Below the pieces are notes generated by a model. The model searched no databases, was not told the origin of the DNA, and saw only the letters and a program-made list of their open reading frames with translations. A DNA stretch of 63,008 nucleotides, the filler included, from Octopus bimaculoides (Eukaryota), in the NCBI RefSeq assembly GCF_001194135.2. It is 5 parts of 4 records of this genome, joined end to end, with 100 filler letters (N's around TTAATTAATTAA, not from the genome) between each part and the next. Parts side by side here need not be neighbours in the genome. Positions count along the whole stretch, not along the records: positions 46,176 to 58,716 come from NC_068995.1; positions 58,817 to 60,834 come from NC_068999.1; positions 60,935 to 63,008 come from NC_068986.1; 2 more parts are not named here. The stretch is one strand, 5' to 3'. Position numbers and translations under genes: made by a program. Shown piece after piece: positions 50,575 through 63,008 of this stretch. Every line of letters starts with the position of its first letter. Within the stretch, counting starts at the first letter, position 1.

Positions 50575-52312
50575 TTGAATGGAGATGTGTAGATTTGTGC
50601 TGCAACCAAGAAGTAAGGTAGAGAGGAGGTTCCGCTAGGTTCTTCACAGGCAAAGAACACAGGTACAAGATTTTCTGGGTAGGGAACACTGACGGGGTCG
50701 GGGGCGTGGGTATACTTCTTGCAGAGAAATGGGTTGATAAGGTAATCGAGGTAGTCAGAGTATGTGACAGAGTACTTAAGATTGGACTAGTGCTTCACCA
50801 TAGGTTAGCTACCGTCATCTCGGCCTATGCCCCTCAACTGGGGCTACCGGATGGGCAGAAAGACCAATTCTACGACACCCTCTNNNNNNNNNNNNNNNNN
50901 NNNNNNNNNNNNNNNNNNNNNNNNNNNNNNNNNNNNNNNNNNNNNNNNNNNNNNNNNNNNNNNNNNNNNNNNNNNNNNNNNNNNNNNNNNNNNNNNNNNN
51001 NNNNNNNNNNNNNNNNNNNNNNNNNNNNNNNNNNNNNNNNNNNNNNNNNNNNNNNNNNNNNNNNNNNNNNNNNNNNNNNNNNNNNNNNNNNNNNNNNNNN
51101 NNNNNNNNNNNNNNNNNNNNNNNNNNNNNNNNNNNNNNNNNNNNNNNNNNNNNNNNNNNNNNNNNNNNNNNNNNNNNNNNNNNNNNNNNNNNNNNNNNNN
51201 NNNNNNNNNNNNNNNNNTTACCAACTTCAGGAAACCTGCCTGTCACCTAGTCACCTACCGTTCCGGCAGACACTCTAGCCAAATTGACTACATCCTCGCC
51301 AGAAAAAGGAAAAGAGAACTGCTTATAAATGCCAAAACCTTCCCAGGTGAAGAATGTACCCCTCAACACAGATTAGTAGTTAATGACTTCGGGATCAGGG
51401 CTAAATGGATACCCAGAAGAAGATCAGCTTGGAGGAGAAAGGTCTGGAAGCTTAAAGATCCTGCAAATGGACAAAGATTTAGAGACGTATTACTTGAAGC
51501 CTTTGACGAAATAGAAGGGGATATAGAATCACATTATGTGGAAGACAACTTGAGGTTTCTACGGGACAACCTGCTGAGAGCCACTGACCAGATCTGTGGA
51601 TGGTCTAAAGTCCCCTCTCGACCCAAGGTAACGTGGTAGTGGAACAATGTGGTTGACAGGGCTATTAGACAAAAGAAACAGGCTTGGAAGGACTGGAAGA
51701 ACGAAAGTAGCAGGGAATTGTATCAGACTGCCAGAAGGGAAGCTAGGAGACAGGTTTATTTAGTCAGAGGGGAAGCAGATAAGAAAAAATTTGCCAATGT
51801 TCTGCGCCGTGAGGATCAAAGACTTGAAGTATTTCATGTTGCAAGACAGTGTGTGAGNNNNNNNNNNNNNNNNNNNNNNNNNNNNNNNNNNNNNNNNNNN
51901 NNNNNNNNNNNNNNNNNNNNNNNNNNNNGAATGGGAGAAAGAGAGTCTGCTGAATGTCGACCCATGATCGTGGCCAGGGCCGCTGTGTGGCCCCCGTGTT
52001 GGTGGCATGTAAAAAGTACCATTCGAGCGTGATCGTTACCAGCGTCGCCTTACTAGCACTTGTGCCAGTGGTATGTGGAAAACACCATTTGAGCGTGGCT
52101 GTTGCCAGTACCGCCTGACTGGCCCTCGTGCCAGTGGCACGTAAAAGTACCCACTACACTCTTGGAGTGGTTAGTGTTAGGAAGGGCATCCAGCTGTAGA
52201 AACTCTGCCTGATCAGATTGGAGCCTGGTGCAGCCATCTGGCTCACTAGTCTCCAGTCAAACTGTCCAACCCATGCCAGCATGGAAAGCAGACATTAAAT
52301 GATGATGATGAT
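50575..52312 (+). mobile_element. Internally deleted RTE LINE: endonuclease and linker fused to the family E 3' end
   Basis: GVGGVGILLAEKW...VISAYAPQ...FYDTL, SQIDYILAR and PQHRLVV are APE motifs. Coding sequence stops at EWEKESLLNVDP and jumps to the 3' UTR. Confidence 0.9.
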
Positions 52313-52849
52313 ACATAGCAGAGGTAAAGAACACACACACCACCCGTTTTCGGTGTGACCCTCACCCTAAACACCGGTAGTGCGTATTCTTTACCTTTGC
52401 CCATAAATACATCTGCATACATCTTTTTTGTTTGTGTGAGAGGGAGACAGAGAGAGAGAGAGGATGTGTGTGTGACTGTATTTCCTCATAACATAGAAAA
52501 ATGGATGTCTTTTAATGCAATTTTTTTGGTTGTGGCTTATTTTAATGTTTATGTGTATATTTTCATAAATGTTTGTTTGAGTAGAATTCTATGCGTGTGT
52601 GAAATGTTGGACGAAAGTGAAATGTTGGACGAAAGTGAAACATTGGAAGTATATCGAAATATTGTCTGAATATGACCTCAAAATTGTGCTACCCAACCTA
52701 GTTACTGAGGTTATTTTAGTTGTAAAAAAGAGTTATTGAGTCAAAAACATTGTTTATTTGGTAGATAGATAATAAGCAGCTTTCTTTATTATAATACAGA
52801 TGTGACTAATTCGGTGAAACATTACTTTCATTATTCACACATCATCACT

Positions 52850-53300
52850 CTCGTAATGCAACACTAATTTTGGTTCAAACTGAAAGTGAAACTATTTTCA
52901 TTTTCTAATGAAACCTGGATTGTAGAGAAGTGTATTTGAAATAACTATAGCTGGTTGTTGAGATAACATAGAAAACATGTAAATGAAAATAAAGTTTATC
53001 TGATATGTGTAATTTATTTGAATAGAAGTCATTTGACAACACCATTTTGTTTGTAATTGGCTATCCTGTTGCAGGTTTAATCTGTGGAATATTGAAATGA
53101 TACCCATCTCATCCATTCCACAAAATAAGAGTATACTGGAGAGCATGATAAGAGGGATGAGTCTTTAAAACACGTTTACGGTTGTTATCTCGAACATCAA
53201 TGAGAATATCATGATTTTCATGGGGATCACCAACTATAAGGATGGCTATTTCATTAGATGTGGGCTCATTAAAACAGTGTAAAATGTTCACATACAAAAT
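52850..53300 (-). mobile_element. Helitron RepHel coding fragment
   Basis: FNEPTSNEIAILIVG...HDILIDVR...KTHPSYHALQYTLILWNG*DGYHF resembles the conserved region upstream of the Helitron Rep domain. Confidence 0.75.
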
Positions 53301-54425
53301 TCAAGCGAAACGAAATGTAGTCAGTATAGATGCAAAAGATACTTTCTGTAGCATAGTTATGCTATGAAAAAAATGGTAAGTCACCAATTTAGTAAAAGTT
53401 ACTATGTGTCACCAATGTAGCAAAGTACAGAAAGTCAACATTTATTTGGAACATGTATTAAAGGTTATAAAATTCACGATTGAATATCACGGTGAAGAAA
53501 GTGAAAGCCCAGGAAAATTCAGAAGGCATAAATCAATTTTTCACACAAAAATAATTTATTTTACAATTTTGAAATGAACGCTGAACCAAGTGTATAGAAT
53601 GGAAGATGCTGTTGTGAATGTCAATTTAAAGTATTTGCTGAAGGACATATGTAGCAAGATATAAATCAATTTGACATTACTATATATTTTTTAACTATGT
53701 AACATTATAGGCTGTTGAATAAATACTAATGCAGTAAAAAGGTTGTGCAATGTTGATACTCAGTGATGAAGCAGCTTAGGGGGACTGTTAAAAATTATCT
53801 TGAAACTGGTTAGAAGGAGTGGAATAACAATTCTGCAATTATATTGAAAGAGTCGCTGAGGCTTTTTATTTCGTCAAGTTTCCGAATTTGTTATAATAAC
53901 CAGAATAACATTTATTTTCAGATATTTTTGCGAGTGGTGTTAAATCAGCCAAATCTTCATGTTGGTAGTACTTGAAAGTGAACATTGTTATTCGTTTAAA
54001 GTTCAGGCCACAACTAAACTTTCAATATGGGCAGGAGAAAGTTACATACATAAACATAGTTAGAAACACACACATACATTAACGCAAACCTGAAGCCTAT
54101 CTGTGTCTCTGTGTGTGTCAGTTGTCACAAAAATGTGTATACTGACAGACACATACACTGTCATACACATATACTTGTCAGTCATATATGTAGGTAAAAA
54201 ACGTGCGAACACACTCGTATAGAAAATGTGATGTCATCAGCATTGTGGTGGTGATATAAAATATCGTTTACGATAGGTGACTAAAAGAAAAAATGACATA
54301 AGTTTTTGTAATGCAAATATGTAAATGAAAATATAGTTTAGTTGGTAGCCAAATTCCTACTGACTCTTTTGATACCTCATACATCAAAATTGGCAACTCA
54401 GTTTTGGAATGCATAAGGAACATAT

Positions 54426-54468
<43 letters not shown>

Positions 54469-54672
54469 CTTTTATAGATACAGATAACTAATCCAGGAAC
54501 CTTTTTGATACCACCTCGTATATTATTTATACTGAATTTATATCTCTCATTTTACATCAATTTCACAGTCTTCATATTTAGATTATACTGGATTTCCATT
54601 TTTATTCCTAATCTTTTGTTACTATTACTGAGATGTTAACATTTTGCTAACATTTGCTGTATATAATTTATT

Positions 54673-55628
54673 TTAACCCTTTAGTATTCCAATTATTCTG
54701 TCAAATGTAATCCTTATTTATTCACATTGTTTTGAATTAATCAAGCAGTATCTCATAGCTTTGAGATGATGATCATCATCATTTAATGTCCGCTTTCCAT
54801 ATTGGACAGTTTAACTGAAAACTGGTAAGTCAGGAGGCTGCGCCAGGTTCCAATCTGATTTAGCAAGTTTCTATGGCTGGATGCCCTTCCTAACACCAAC
54901 CACTCCAAGAATGTAGTGGGTGTATTTTACGTGCCACCAGCATGGGTGCCATTGACCTGACACCGGTATCAGTCATAACTATGGTCTCACTTGACTTAAC
55001 AGGTCTACACAAGCATGGTATATCGCCAAGGGTCTTGGACACCTGTCACTGCTTCCATGAGCCGGCTCAATGCTTGAACGGTGCTTTTTACGTGCCATCA
55101 GCATGGATGCCAGTCAGACGGCACTGGTATCGGCCACGACTATGATTTCACTCAGTCTGACAGTCTTTACAAGCATAGAATATCACCCACCGATTGAAGG
55201 GTGCTTTTAACAGGCCTGTTATGCAACATTGGCATTGGCCATTACTACGATTTCACTTGGCTTGACATCACTGCCTCCATGAGGCCTGATGTACAAATGG
55301 TACTTTTTACATGCCAATCAGATGGCACAGGCATCGACCACGACTTTGATTTCACTCAGTTTGATAAGTCTTCACAAGCACAGTATATCGCCCAATAATT
55401 GAAGTGTGCCTTTAATGGGCCAGTTACATGACACAAGCATCAACCACAGCTATGATCTCACTTGGCTTCATGAGTCTTCTCAAGTACGGCATATCTTCAA
55501 AAGTCTCATGATGGTTTATTCTTAGAATGACATTGTAGGGTAGGTATTCCATGCTAAATCTGGCCAGTTTGAACATAAAAGTAGAAAATTTGGGCTGGAC
55601 ATTGCTGGTTTAAATGCTAAAGGGTTAA
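54673..55628. mobile_element. piggyBac-type MITE with TTAA target duplication, interrupted by a family E insertion (54770-55500)
   Basis: TTAA|CCCTTTAGTATT ... AATGCTAAAGGG|TTAA; the termini match at 11 of 12 positions. Confidence 0.75.
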
Positions 55629-55859
55629 TGTAGATAAAATGGGGAATAACTTTTAAGTATGGAGAATTGAATGAGCATTTTTAATCCAACTAAACAACGT
55701 GCTGCTGATCTGTTAATCTAAGAAAATTTAGTCAACCACAGTAAAAGATCAGGTGCGATGGCTATGGTACCATAGAAGCAAATGACTAGATTCTAATAGA
55801 AACTGTTCTTGGAGAATGAATTCATCAAGTGTCACTGTTAGTAAGATCATTCAGCCATG

Positions 55860-55995
55860 ACACTCTCTCCTCTTCTCTAATTATTTGTGGATTCTGATCC
55901 ACCCATCACCTCTTTCTAAAAAGCAAACCACATATCCTATTATTTTCTGAAACACAGATCTCAACCTTTTTCCATTGCCACTTCTGTTGCCCTTA

Positions 55996-56028
<33 letters not shown>

Positions 56029-56650
56029 GTTTAACGTCCGCTTTCCATGCTAGCATTTATACTCTATATTCAATTTTCACTCTAAAATCTGGAGTCTTCA
56101 CATAGATACACTGTTTCTGTCAGTCACTTCTCTCTCTTGAAATACAGCAACAAAGACCCCCAATTATTCTGGCTCAAAGTCTTCCTCCAATTACATCTAT
56201 TTTTATTTTTCACCAAACTATTCTCATTCCCAATAACTTGTCCATTATGTATCTTCATACTTTCAGGATATCTACCTCACGTCAGACTTCCCCAATGTTC
56301 TTGTTCTCAGTGTCTTCAATGCAACGACTCTACTTGGCTCTTAACGGAAACCAAATCTTTTGCAATCCTCAACTCTGTACATCAAGTAGTCACATCTACA
56401 CTCATTCCCCTCAACTACAATACACAAACGCTACAAACATTTTTGATCTTTTTCTCACCTCCAAACCTAAAGTAACACTCTCTCTACATCTGTCTGGTCA
56501 TGTAACTACTACCTTGTCATTAGCACACATTTATGCAGTATGCAAGACCTCATCCCAACTGTACCCAATGTCAGCTGACAGAAACTACCAGTTCACTCTC
56601 TAGCTAATACTAAACACGATGTGTACAGAATTATCCCCCTTGGACTTATA
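55860..56650 (+). mobile_element. Decayed CR1/Jockey-type LINE endonuclease
   Basis: PHILLFSET, VLSVFNA, HQVVTST and IFDLFLTSKP are relics of APE motifs. Interrupted by a family E tail at 55995-56056. Confidence 0.55.
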
Positions 56651-57956
56651 TAATACTTGCTTACTAACAGACTTCCAGCAAAAATATGTCATTCCTGATC
56701 TTCAATGAACAAAGTTAAGATGAATTATTTTATTGGAATTTATCCTGAAGAAGTGGATATACCTAATTACACCCTCAAAATTTTTTTCCAAAATATACAA
56801 CGATCTTGTTTAAATACGTGAGGTTCCAGTGAGGTTCTCTTGTAAAATATAAGGAAATGTTTTTCAAAATGTTTTGTTTTTAGTATATTTCCATAATTTT
56901 TTTCTGAAACAAGACATGTCCTCCTATTTTCCTTTCCTAATAATTACAAGTTGCTATGACTTATCTAATTTATTCCCCCATTCTACCCTAATAATAAAAT
57001 AGTTTTAGGGCTTTTGATCTTGAAGGAATTATTTTATTCATATCTGTTCATGAACCTCTAACAGTACAAGCTTATTTGTATCACAGCGTTTGCTGTTGTG
57101 ATTGTATTCTAACTTTCAATGCATGCCTTTAGCATTCTTGCTCATTTCTGTTAATGTACAAAGTCTTGTTTGTTAAATTTCACTCCATTCTTCTGTTACT
57201 TCTCAAAAAGTCAGTGTTTACATCAAAGAAAAAGAGTGACAAAATTCCAGAGATCAGGTGATTAGAATTGTTAGATAAGGACCTTCATTCTGCATTTGAA
57301 AACTTTTTAACAAGTATTCTCTTTAAAGCTCCCAGAACTCTTTCCCTGAACAAACCATATTCATTGTACTGTTTTACCAATAATAAGCATAACCTCAATA
57401 GAAGAGGAATTTCTTGTCTCTTAAATAAAGATTAAACCATCTAATTAATCTCGGCTATGCATATTCTTTATGTTCGTTTTTGTATTTGAATACAACAAAA
57501 TTTGTAAATTTCCAAGTATGTATTTTACCAATTATCTGACATCTGTGAAACAGCTTAGAACTGAAAGAGAATATTGGAGAATTTAATAAATTAGCAAAGA
57601 TGATGCTTTTTTTTAGCCCAAGGCCAGCTTTGATTGAATAGCCATTTGATTAAAGACATTCCTATCTTCTATTATTCAATATATTATATATATTTATAAT
57701 AATAATATATTATTATTATCTAATGTGTCCTATTTCTTTAGAAGACAGATACAATATGAGGTGAATTTCACTGCTGTTTCTAGCAAGTTCAGCAACTATG
57801 TAAAAGTAGAGGCTTGTCTGTTAGCTCATAGAAAATAATTTGACTGGTTACAGTAAAATTTGATGTATATGTATGAGAATAAATGATTTGAAAATACACC
57901 TGCTGATTTAAATAAACATTTTAATATAAATTTTATTTATCTTTTTACTTTTGCAG

Positions 57957-58125
57957 CATTACTCTTGGTGGATTTGGTGTCGATCGATTTTACCTTGGTC
58001 TTTGGGAAGAAGGAATTGGCAAGTTATTCAGTTTTGGGGGTCTTGGTGTATGGACAATTATTGATGTTATTCTCATAGCTATTGGCTATATTGGTCCTGC
58101 TGATGGATCTCTCTATATATACTGA
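57957..58125 (+). CDS. TM2D3: TM2D3 last coding exon ITLGGFGVDRFYLGLWEEGIGKLFSFGGLGVWTIIDVILIAIGYIGPADGSLYIY*
   Basis: TM2 domain (GxDRFYLG) close to the human C-terminus. Acceptor ctttttacttttgcag, phase 2 in. AATAAA near 58460. Confidence 0.95.
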
Positions 58126-58683
58126 TGTTTGTTTTTAATGTATTGTTGGAAGTCAGAATGTAATAGGTGAATGTGTTGTGGATTACAGTGAAGCAGTAAA
58201 TCTTATGAAAGAACTGCTTACATTATAATGTTATAACTTTCTTGGGAAAAGTATGAATGCTGTCATTGTTCATGTGACATTTTACATGGTTAGATACATC
58301 CTAAGTCTGTTATTGTGTAAGTTTTAATGTGTGTATTGTCGTTGTACATTTTGGCACCTGCATCATTTTGAGAAAGTTTTGTACGTGTGTGTTAAATTTT
58401 GTTTAAATCAATTTTGGTGACTAACTTAATCATGAAACTTAATCATGAGTGTCCAGCCAATAAAATTATATAAATACAAATTGAATTTTTATGTTTTTTC
58501 TCTTGCCTGTGCTGTGGCGCTGCCTTCAGGGTTGTTTGTTATGTCATCCCCAGCTCTGATTTCACTCTCATACTTATTTTATCAATCTCCATTAAATAAA
58601 GAGACAAAACTTATTTTACACTTGTCTGTCTGTCTGTCTGTTGTGGCATCTTATTTCGAGTGTAAATGCTTGAATGTTTTTTG

Positions 58684-58716
<33 letters not shown>

Positions 58717-58816
58717 NNNNNNNNNNNNNNNNNNNNNNNNNNNNNNNNNNNNNNNNNNNNTTAATTAATTAANNNNNNNNNNNNNNNNNNNNNNNNNNNN
58801 NNNNNNNNNNNNNNNN
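58717..58816. other. Synthetic scaffold-join linker
   Basis: 44N-TTAATTAATTAA-44N. Confidence 0.9.
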
Positions 58817-59039
58817 ATATATATATATATATATATATAGATAGATAGATAGATAGATGGATAGATGTATATAGTTAGACAGATAGACAGATAGGTAGAG
58901 GGAGAAAGAGAGAAGTGGTATCCTCCTTCCTATTCGCCATTTATTTATTTATTTAGTCCTTTACCCTTGTAATGGAATGGGTTTAAGGATGGTAACCTCT
59001 TTCCTCAAACACATCCCACTCACTGTCGCAGAAGGTACT

Positions 59040-60516
59040 ATACTCACAAATTTTGATGTCACCAAACTCTATATTTAGATACCTCACACTTTAAGCCTAG
59101 AAGCAATCAAACACTGGGTAGAGAAACATAGAGAACGGATAAATTAACACACCAAGACTGACTTCATCACCAAGGCCACACGCCTAGTGCTAGAAGAAAA
59201 TACCTTTAGATTCGGTAATAAAACATATCGATAGTTAAGGTCACGCCTATGGGTACGCAGTTCNNNNNNNNNNNNNNNNNNNNNNNNNNNNNNNNNNNNN
59301 NNNNNNNNNNNNNNNNNNNNNNNNNNNNNNNNNNNNNNNNNNNNNNNNNNNNNNNNNNNNNNNNNNNNNNNNATATGCAAACTTAGTTATGGGAGACTTG
59401 GAAGAAAGACTTTATAAGGAAGTAGTAAAAACTTTTGATTAGGAGAACATGAAATATATCATTAAAAAGTGGAAACGCTTCCTTGATGATTGCTTCATCT
59501 TCTGGGACAAATCGAATTAAGATCTGAATATATTTAACAATATACGGAACACACTTCACTCATCCATCAAATTCACGACAGAATCCAGTTGCAATGAACT
59601 ACCATTCCTGGATATCCACATGAAAATACAGAACTCCTCAGTCACAACAGACATATTTTACAAAAGAACTGATACACACCAATATTTAAATTTCTACTCT
59701 TGCTATCCATCACACAACAAAAGAAACACCCCTTACAGCCTAGCAAGATGCATCTGTGCTATAGTGACTGACCCAAAAATACGTGAAATCCGACTCAACT
59801 AACTCAAAGGCTTCCTCACAATGCAGAAATACCCCTAAGGATTAATTACTGAGGGAATTAAAAAGGCGATGAAAGTGAGCATCACCCAACTGCGGATATC
59901 TAAGGAAAAAGTTAATGAAAACACGATTCCGTTCGTTAACACACACAGTCCTGGAATAACCAACATCTTTCACGCCATAAAATCGAACTTACCTATACTC
60001 CTACAAAGCCCCAAAAGGAAAAAATCTGATTGAAAAAAACACCTTACGGAATAGCAGGCGCCAACCAAAAAATCTTAAAATCACCTCACAAGGGCAGAAT
60101 TCAAATTAGAGAATGAATCAAAATTCTTAGTAAATGAATGTGGAGATAGGAGATATGGAACATACAACAATATCAACAACTTCAAATACTTGGAAAGTGG
60201 TTCCCACATAAAATTCAAGAGCGGATACCTTTTTAAAATAAATGCAGATATGAACTGCAAAACGCAAAACCTTATATACTGCATTACCTGCCCAAACAGC
60301 AAGAGAAATTCCTTCTGCCAACGTGATAGCATCCACAGGCAACATATCCTACAAGAAGAATTACGCAAGATTCCATTAAAGAAGCATCTGGAAATATGCA
60401 GCGACGGAAAATACAAAGTTTTCCCCTTTTACAAATGTGCACGGGACGGTCCGCAATACCGAAAAGCAATGGAACTACATTTCATTAAAAGATTCTCTCC
60501 AAAATTGAATGTTTGA
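59040..60516 (+). mobile_element. Penelope-like retroelement, RT plus GIY-YIG endonuclease, disrupted
   Basis: FDVTKLY, PMGTQF/YANLVMG, WKRFLDDCFIFW, LPFLDI, FYKRTDTHQYL, then NCKTQNLIYCITC and ELHFIKRFSPKLN. Several in-frame stops. Confidence 0.9.
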
Positions 60517-60605
60517 AAGAGAAGCAGAGACTGTACATTTTGTAAGTGTTATACTAATGTTCTCTAACGCAAAATCATGAAATTGAAAGAGGCGTNNNNN
60601 NNNNN

Positions 60606-60834
60606 AAATACGTGAAATCCGACTCAACTAACTCAAAGGCTTCCTCACAATGCAGAAATACCCCTAAGGATTAATTACTGAGGGAATTAAAAAGGCGATG
60701 AAAGTGAGCATCACCCAACTGCGGATATCTAAGGAAAAAGTTAATGAAAACACGATTCCGTTCGTTAACACACACAGTCCTGGAATAACCAACATCTTTC
60801 ACGCCATAAAATCGAACTTACCTATACTCCTACA
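60606..60834 (+). repeat. Duplicate of 59779-60004 between two gaps
   Basis: Appears identical by eye and is bounded by a 10-N gap and a scaffold linker. Confidence 0.85.
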
Positions 60835-60934
60835 NNNNNNNNNNNNNNNNNNNNNNNNNNNNNNNNNNNNNNNNNNNNTTAATTAATTAANNNNNNNNNN
60901 NNNNNNNNNNNNNNNNNNNNNNNNNNNNNNNNNN
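60835..60934. other. Synthetic scaffold-join linker
   Basis: 44N-TTAATTAATTAA-44N. Confidence 0.9.
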
Positions 60935-61135
60935 TTACTCAAGAAACAGGAAGAAAGAGTGAGAGAAAGTTGGGGCGAAAGAGTACAACAAGAGTCGCCA
61001 CCACCCCACTGCCGGAGCCTCGTGGAGCTTAGGTGTTTTCGCCCAATAAACACTCACAGCGCCCGGTCTGGGAATCGAAACCGCGATCCTCCGACCGCGA
61101 GTCCACTGCCCTAACCACTGGGCCATTGCGCCTCC
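60935..61135 (-). mobile_element. tRNA-derived SINE family C, 5' half
   Basis: Matches 45345-45538. Confidence 0.85.
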
Positions 61136-61459
61136 ACACACACACACACACACACACAGACAGACACACACACACACACACACACACATGCACACACACA
61201 CATATATATGTATGTATGTATTCCTACATGTATATATAAATATAAATAGTGTACATTTAAACACACAAGAGGCATCCATCATATGGATTCCTTGCACGCT
61301 AGAAAGAACAGTTAAATTCCATACCACTAGTGACAAAAAATCGTAACAATTCAAACCTTGAGATACAAAAAGTACTGAAGTACCTTCAAATTGTCTAGCA
61401 GAGGTGATTTTAGTGTTAGCACAACTGGGATTCAGTGTCACGTGATATCTACAATAAGT

Positions 61460-61782
61460 AGCGGTATTTCGTCTGCCGTTACGTTCTGAGTTCAAATTCC
61501 GCCGAGGTCGACTCTGCCTTTCATCCTTTCGGGGTCGATAAATTAAGTACCAGTTACGCACTGGGATCGATGTAATCGACTTAATCCCTTTGTCTATCCT
61601 TGTTTGTCCCCTCTGTGTTTAGCCCCTTGTGGGCAATAAAAAAAATAAGAAATGTTAGCACGCCGGGCGAGACGAAATGCTTAGCCGTATTTTATCTGCC
61701 ATTACGTTCTAAGTTCAAATTCCGCAGAGGTCGACTTTGCCTTTCATCCTTTCGGGGCCGATAAATTAAGTACCAGTTACGC
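61460..61782 (+). mobile_element. Two tandem SINE family D copies
   Basis: The core TTACGTTCTRAGTTCAAATTCCGC...GCCTTTCATCCTTTCGGGG...AAATTAAGTACCAGTTACGCA is repeated at about 61480 and 61700. Confidence 0.85.
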
Positions 61783-61854
61783 AAGGTGGCAAGATGGTAG
61801 AAACGGTTTTTTTTATCAATATTCATTTCCTGCGAAGGAGCAGACTCGCGGCCT

Positions 61855-61894
61855 ATGATTCCTAGCCTGCGCGTAATCGCGGGCCGCGTGCGAG
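61855..61894 (+). CDS. Candidate first coding exon MIPSLRVIAGRVR in a CpG-rich patch
   Basis: Local CpG enrichment, ATG, open Arg-rich frame and donor GAG|gtaaat. No supporting second exon found. Confidence 0.3.
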
Positions 61895-62348
61895 GTAAAT
61901 ATTTCTCAACTGTATGATGATGCAAACCGTAAATACCGGTGTTGCGAGCAGAGTGGTCTACGAGTAGGCTAAAAATGGTCGTCGGGACCGTGACAAGTCT
62001 TTCGACGTTATAAAGTGTTTTGAGTTTGTCTTTAGGAAAAGCGTGAGAAATTGCTTGTGAAAACATGAAAGTGTGAAATTGGGAGTAAAATCGCAAAACT
62101 CACGACTAAGTCCTGAGACTTGGCAAGTCTGTGAACGTCTAGGTAATGAGCTGTAGATGTTGGGGTTTCGGTTCAACACTTGTGTTTTGTTTAGGGATTT
62201 ACACATCTGGGATGTTCACTGATGTGGTCGGTATCGAACTTTTAAGATTCTATTGACGTTTCAGACGCATCATGTTTTTTTTTCAGGTCACATTGTTATA
62301 TAATTAATGAGTTAAATCATATAACTGTCCCTTTTTATACGTTAAGAT

Positions 62349-62380
<32 letters not shown>

Positions 62381-63008
62381 TGTGTGTGTGTGTGTGCGTG
62401 GTGGTTTAAGATAAATGTGGATTGTTTTCGAAGCAGGTCAAGCGACTCCGTAGAAGTTCCTCCACCGAATCGATTTTGTAAATGGTTTTAGGGAATGGTA
62501 TTCATCAAGATAAACCCCATGAACTACTCGGGTGTTACAACCTTCATGTAGAAATACAAGGTCAAGTTATCTTGGTTCGAGTTCGCAACTATGCTCTGTC
62601 TCCACGAAATACTCACAACAAGAGTTGAACTGAAGACTGCAAACAAAGAATATAATAAAAAGTTCTCTTTCTTGGAAACATCTAACAGCAATGTAGACTT
62701 TTGGTCGTTAAAAGATATGCGCGTTGGCTATAGTTAGTGTTGAAAATGACACAAATTATCAATCTTTCTGTTGGTCGCCAGCATAGTTACTCCTGTGTAA
62801 CAGTAACAGATGAAAGAAGCATTGGTTATCTTCATTTTCCCAGTCTATTAAATAACCAGAAGTAATATTTCATAAAAATTAATCAGAAAGTTAACAGACA
62901 GAATCAAACGATTCTCTAACTCTCTCTTTCTGTATGTATGTATGTATGTATGTATGTATGTATGTATGTATGTATGTATGTATGTGTGTGTGTGTGTATA
63001 TATATATA

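Noticed and set aside
39839-58125. Ankyrin gene fused to, or nested within, TM2D3
   Set aside because: A scaffold join lies between them, phases do not match (0 versus 1), and no upstream TM2D3 exons were found.

Overview
AT-rich, microsatellite- and retroposon-dense eukaryotic DNA. The repeat families and style point to an octopus genome (inference). The window is five scaffolds joined by identical 100-bp linkers (44 N, TTAATTAATTAA, 44 N) at 27716, 46076, 58717 and 60835, so adjacency across those points is not guaranteed. Manual exon reconstruction gives parts of three protein-coding genes, largely missed by the ORF track. (1) Minus strand, four phase-compatible exons (32747-29141) encoding the end of the TEN/GQ domain, an Asn/Ser-rich linker and the start of the RNA-binding region of telomerase reverse transcriptase (TERT). 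Its 5' exons were not found and its 3' part runs towards a scaffold join. (2) Plus strand, three exons of an ankyrin-repeat gene (39839-45082) in divergent orientation to TERT. (3) The last two exons of TM2D3/almondex (48689-58125). The rest is SINEs, RTE/CR1-type LINE relics, Penelope-like elements, mariner fragments, Helitrons, a piggyBac-type MITE and gaps. Most notable non-genic observations: a near-perfect 113-bp-arm intronic palindrome, a second ~200-bp foldback, a minimal hammerhead-ribozyme-like motif, a promoter-like cluster of palindromic sites inside an ankyrin-gene intron, and a hairpin-unit array in an RTE 3' end. No previously undescribed multi-gene system can be claimed from the sequence alone. 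All similarities are from recalled motifs, not database searches.
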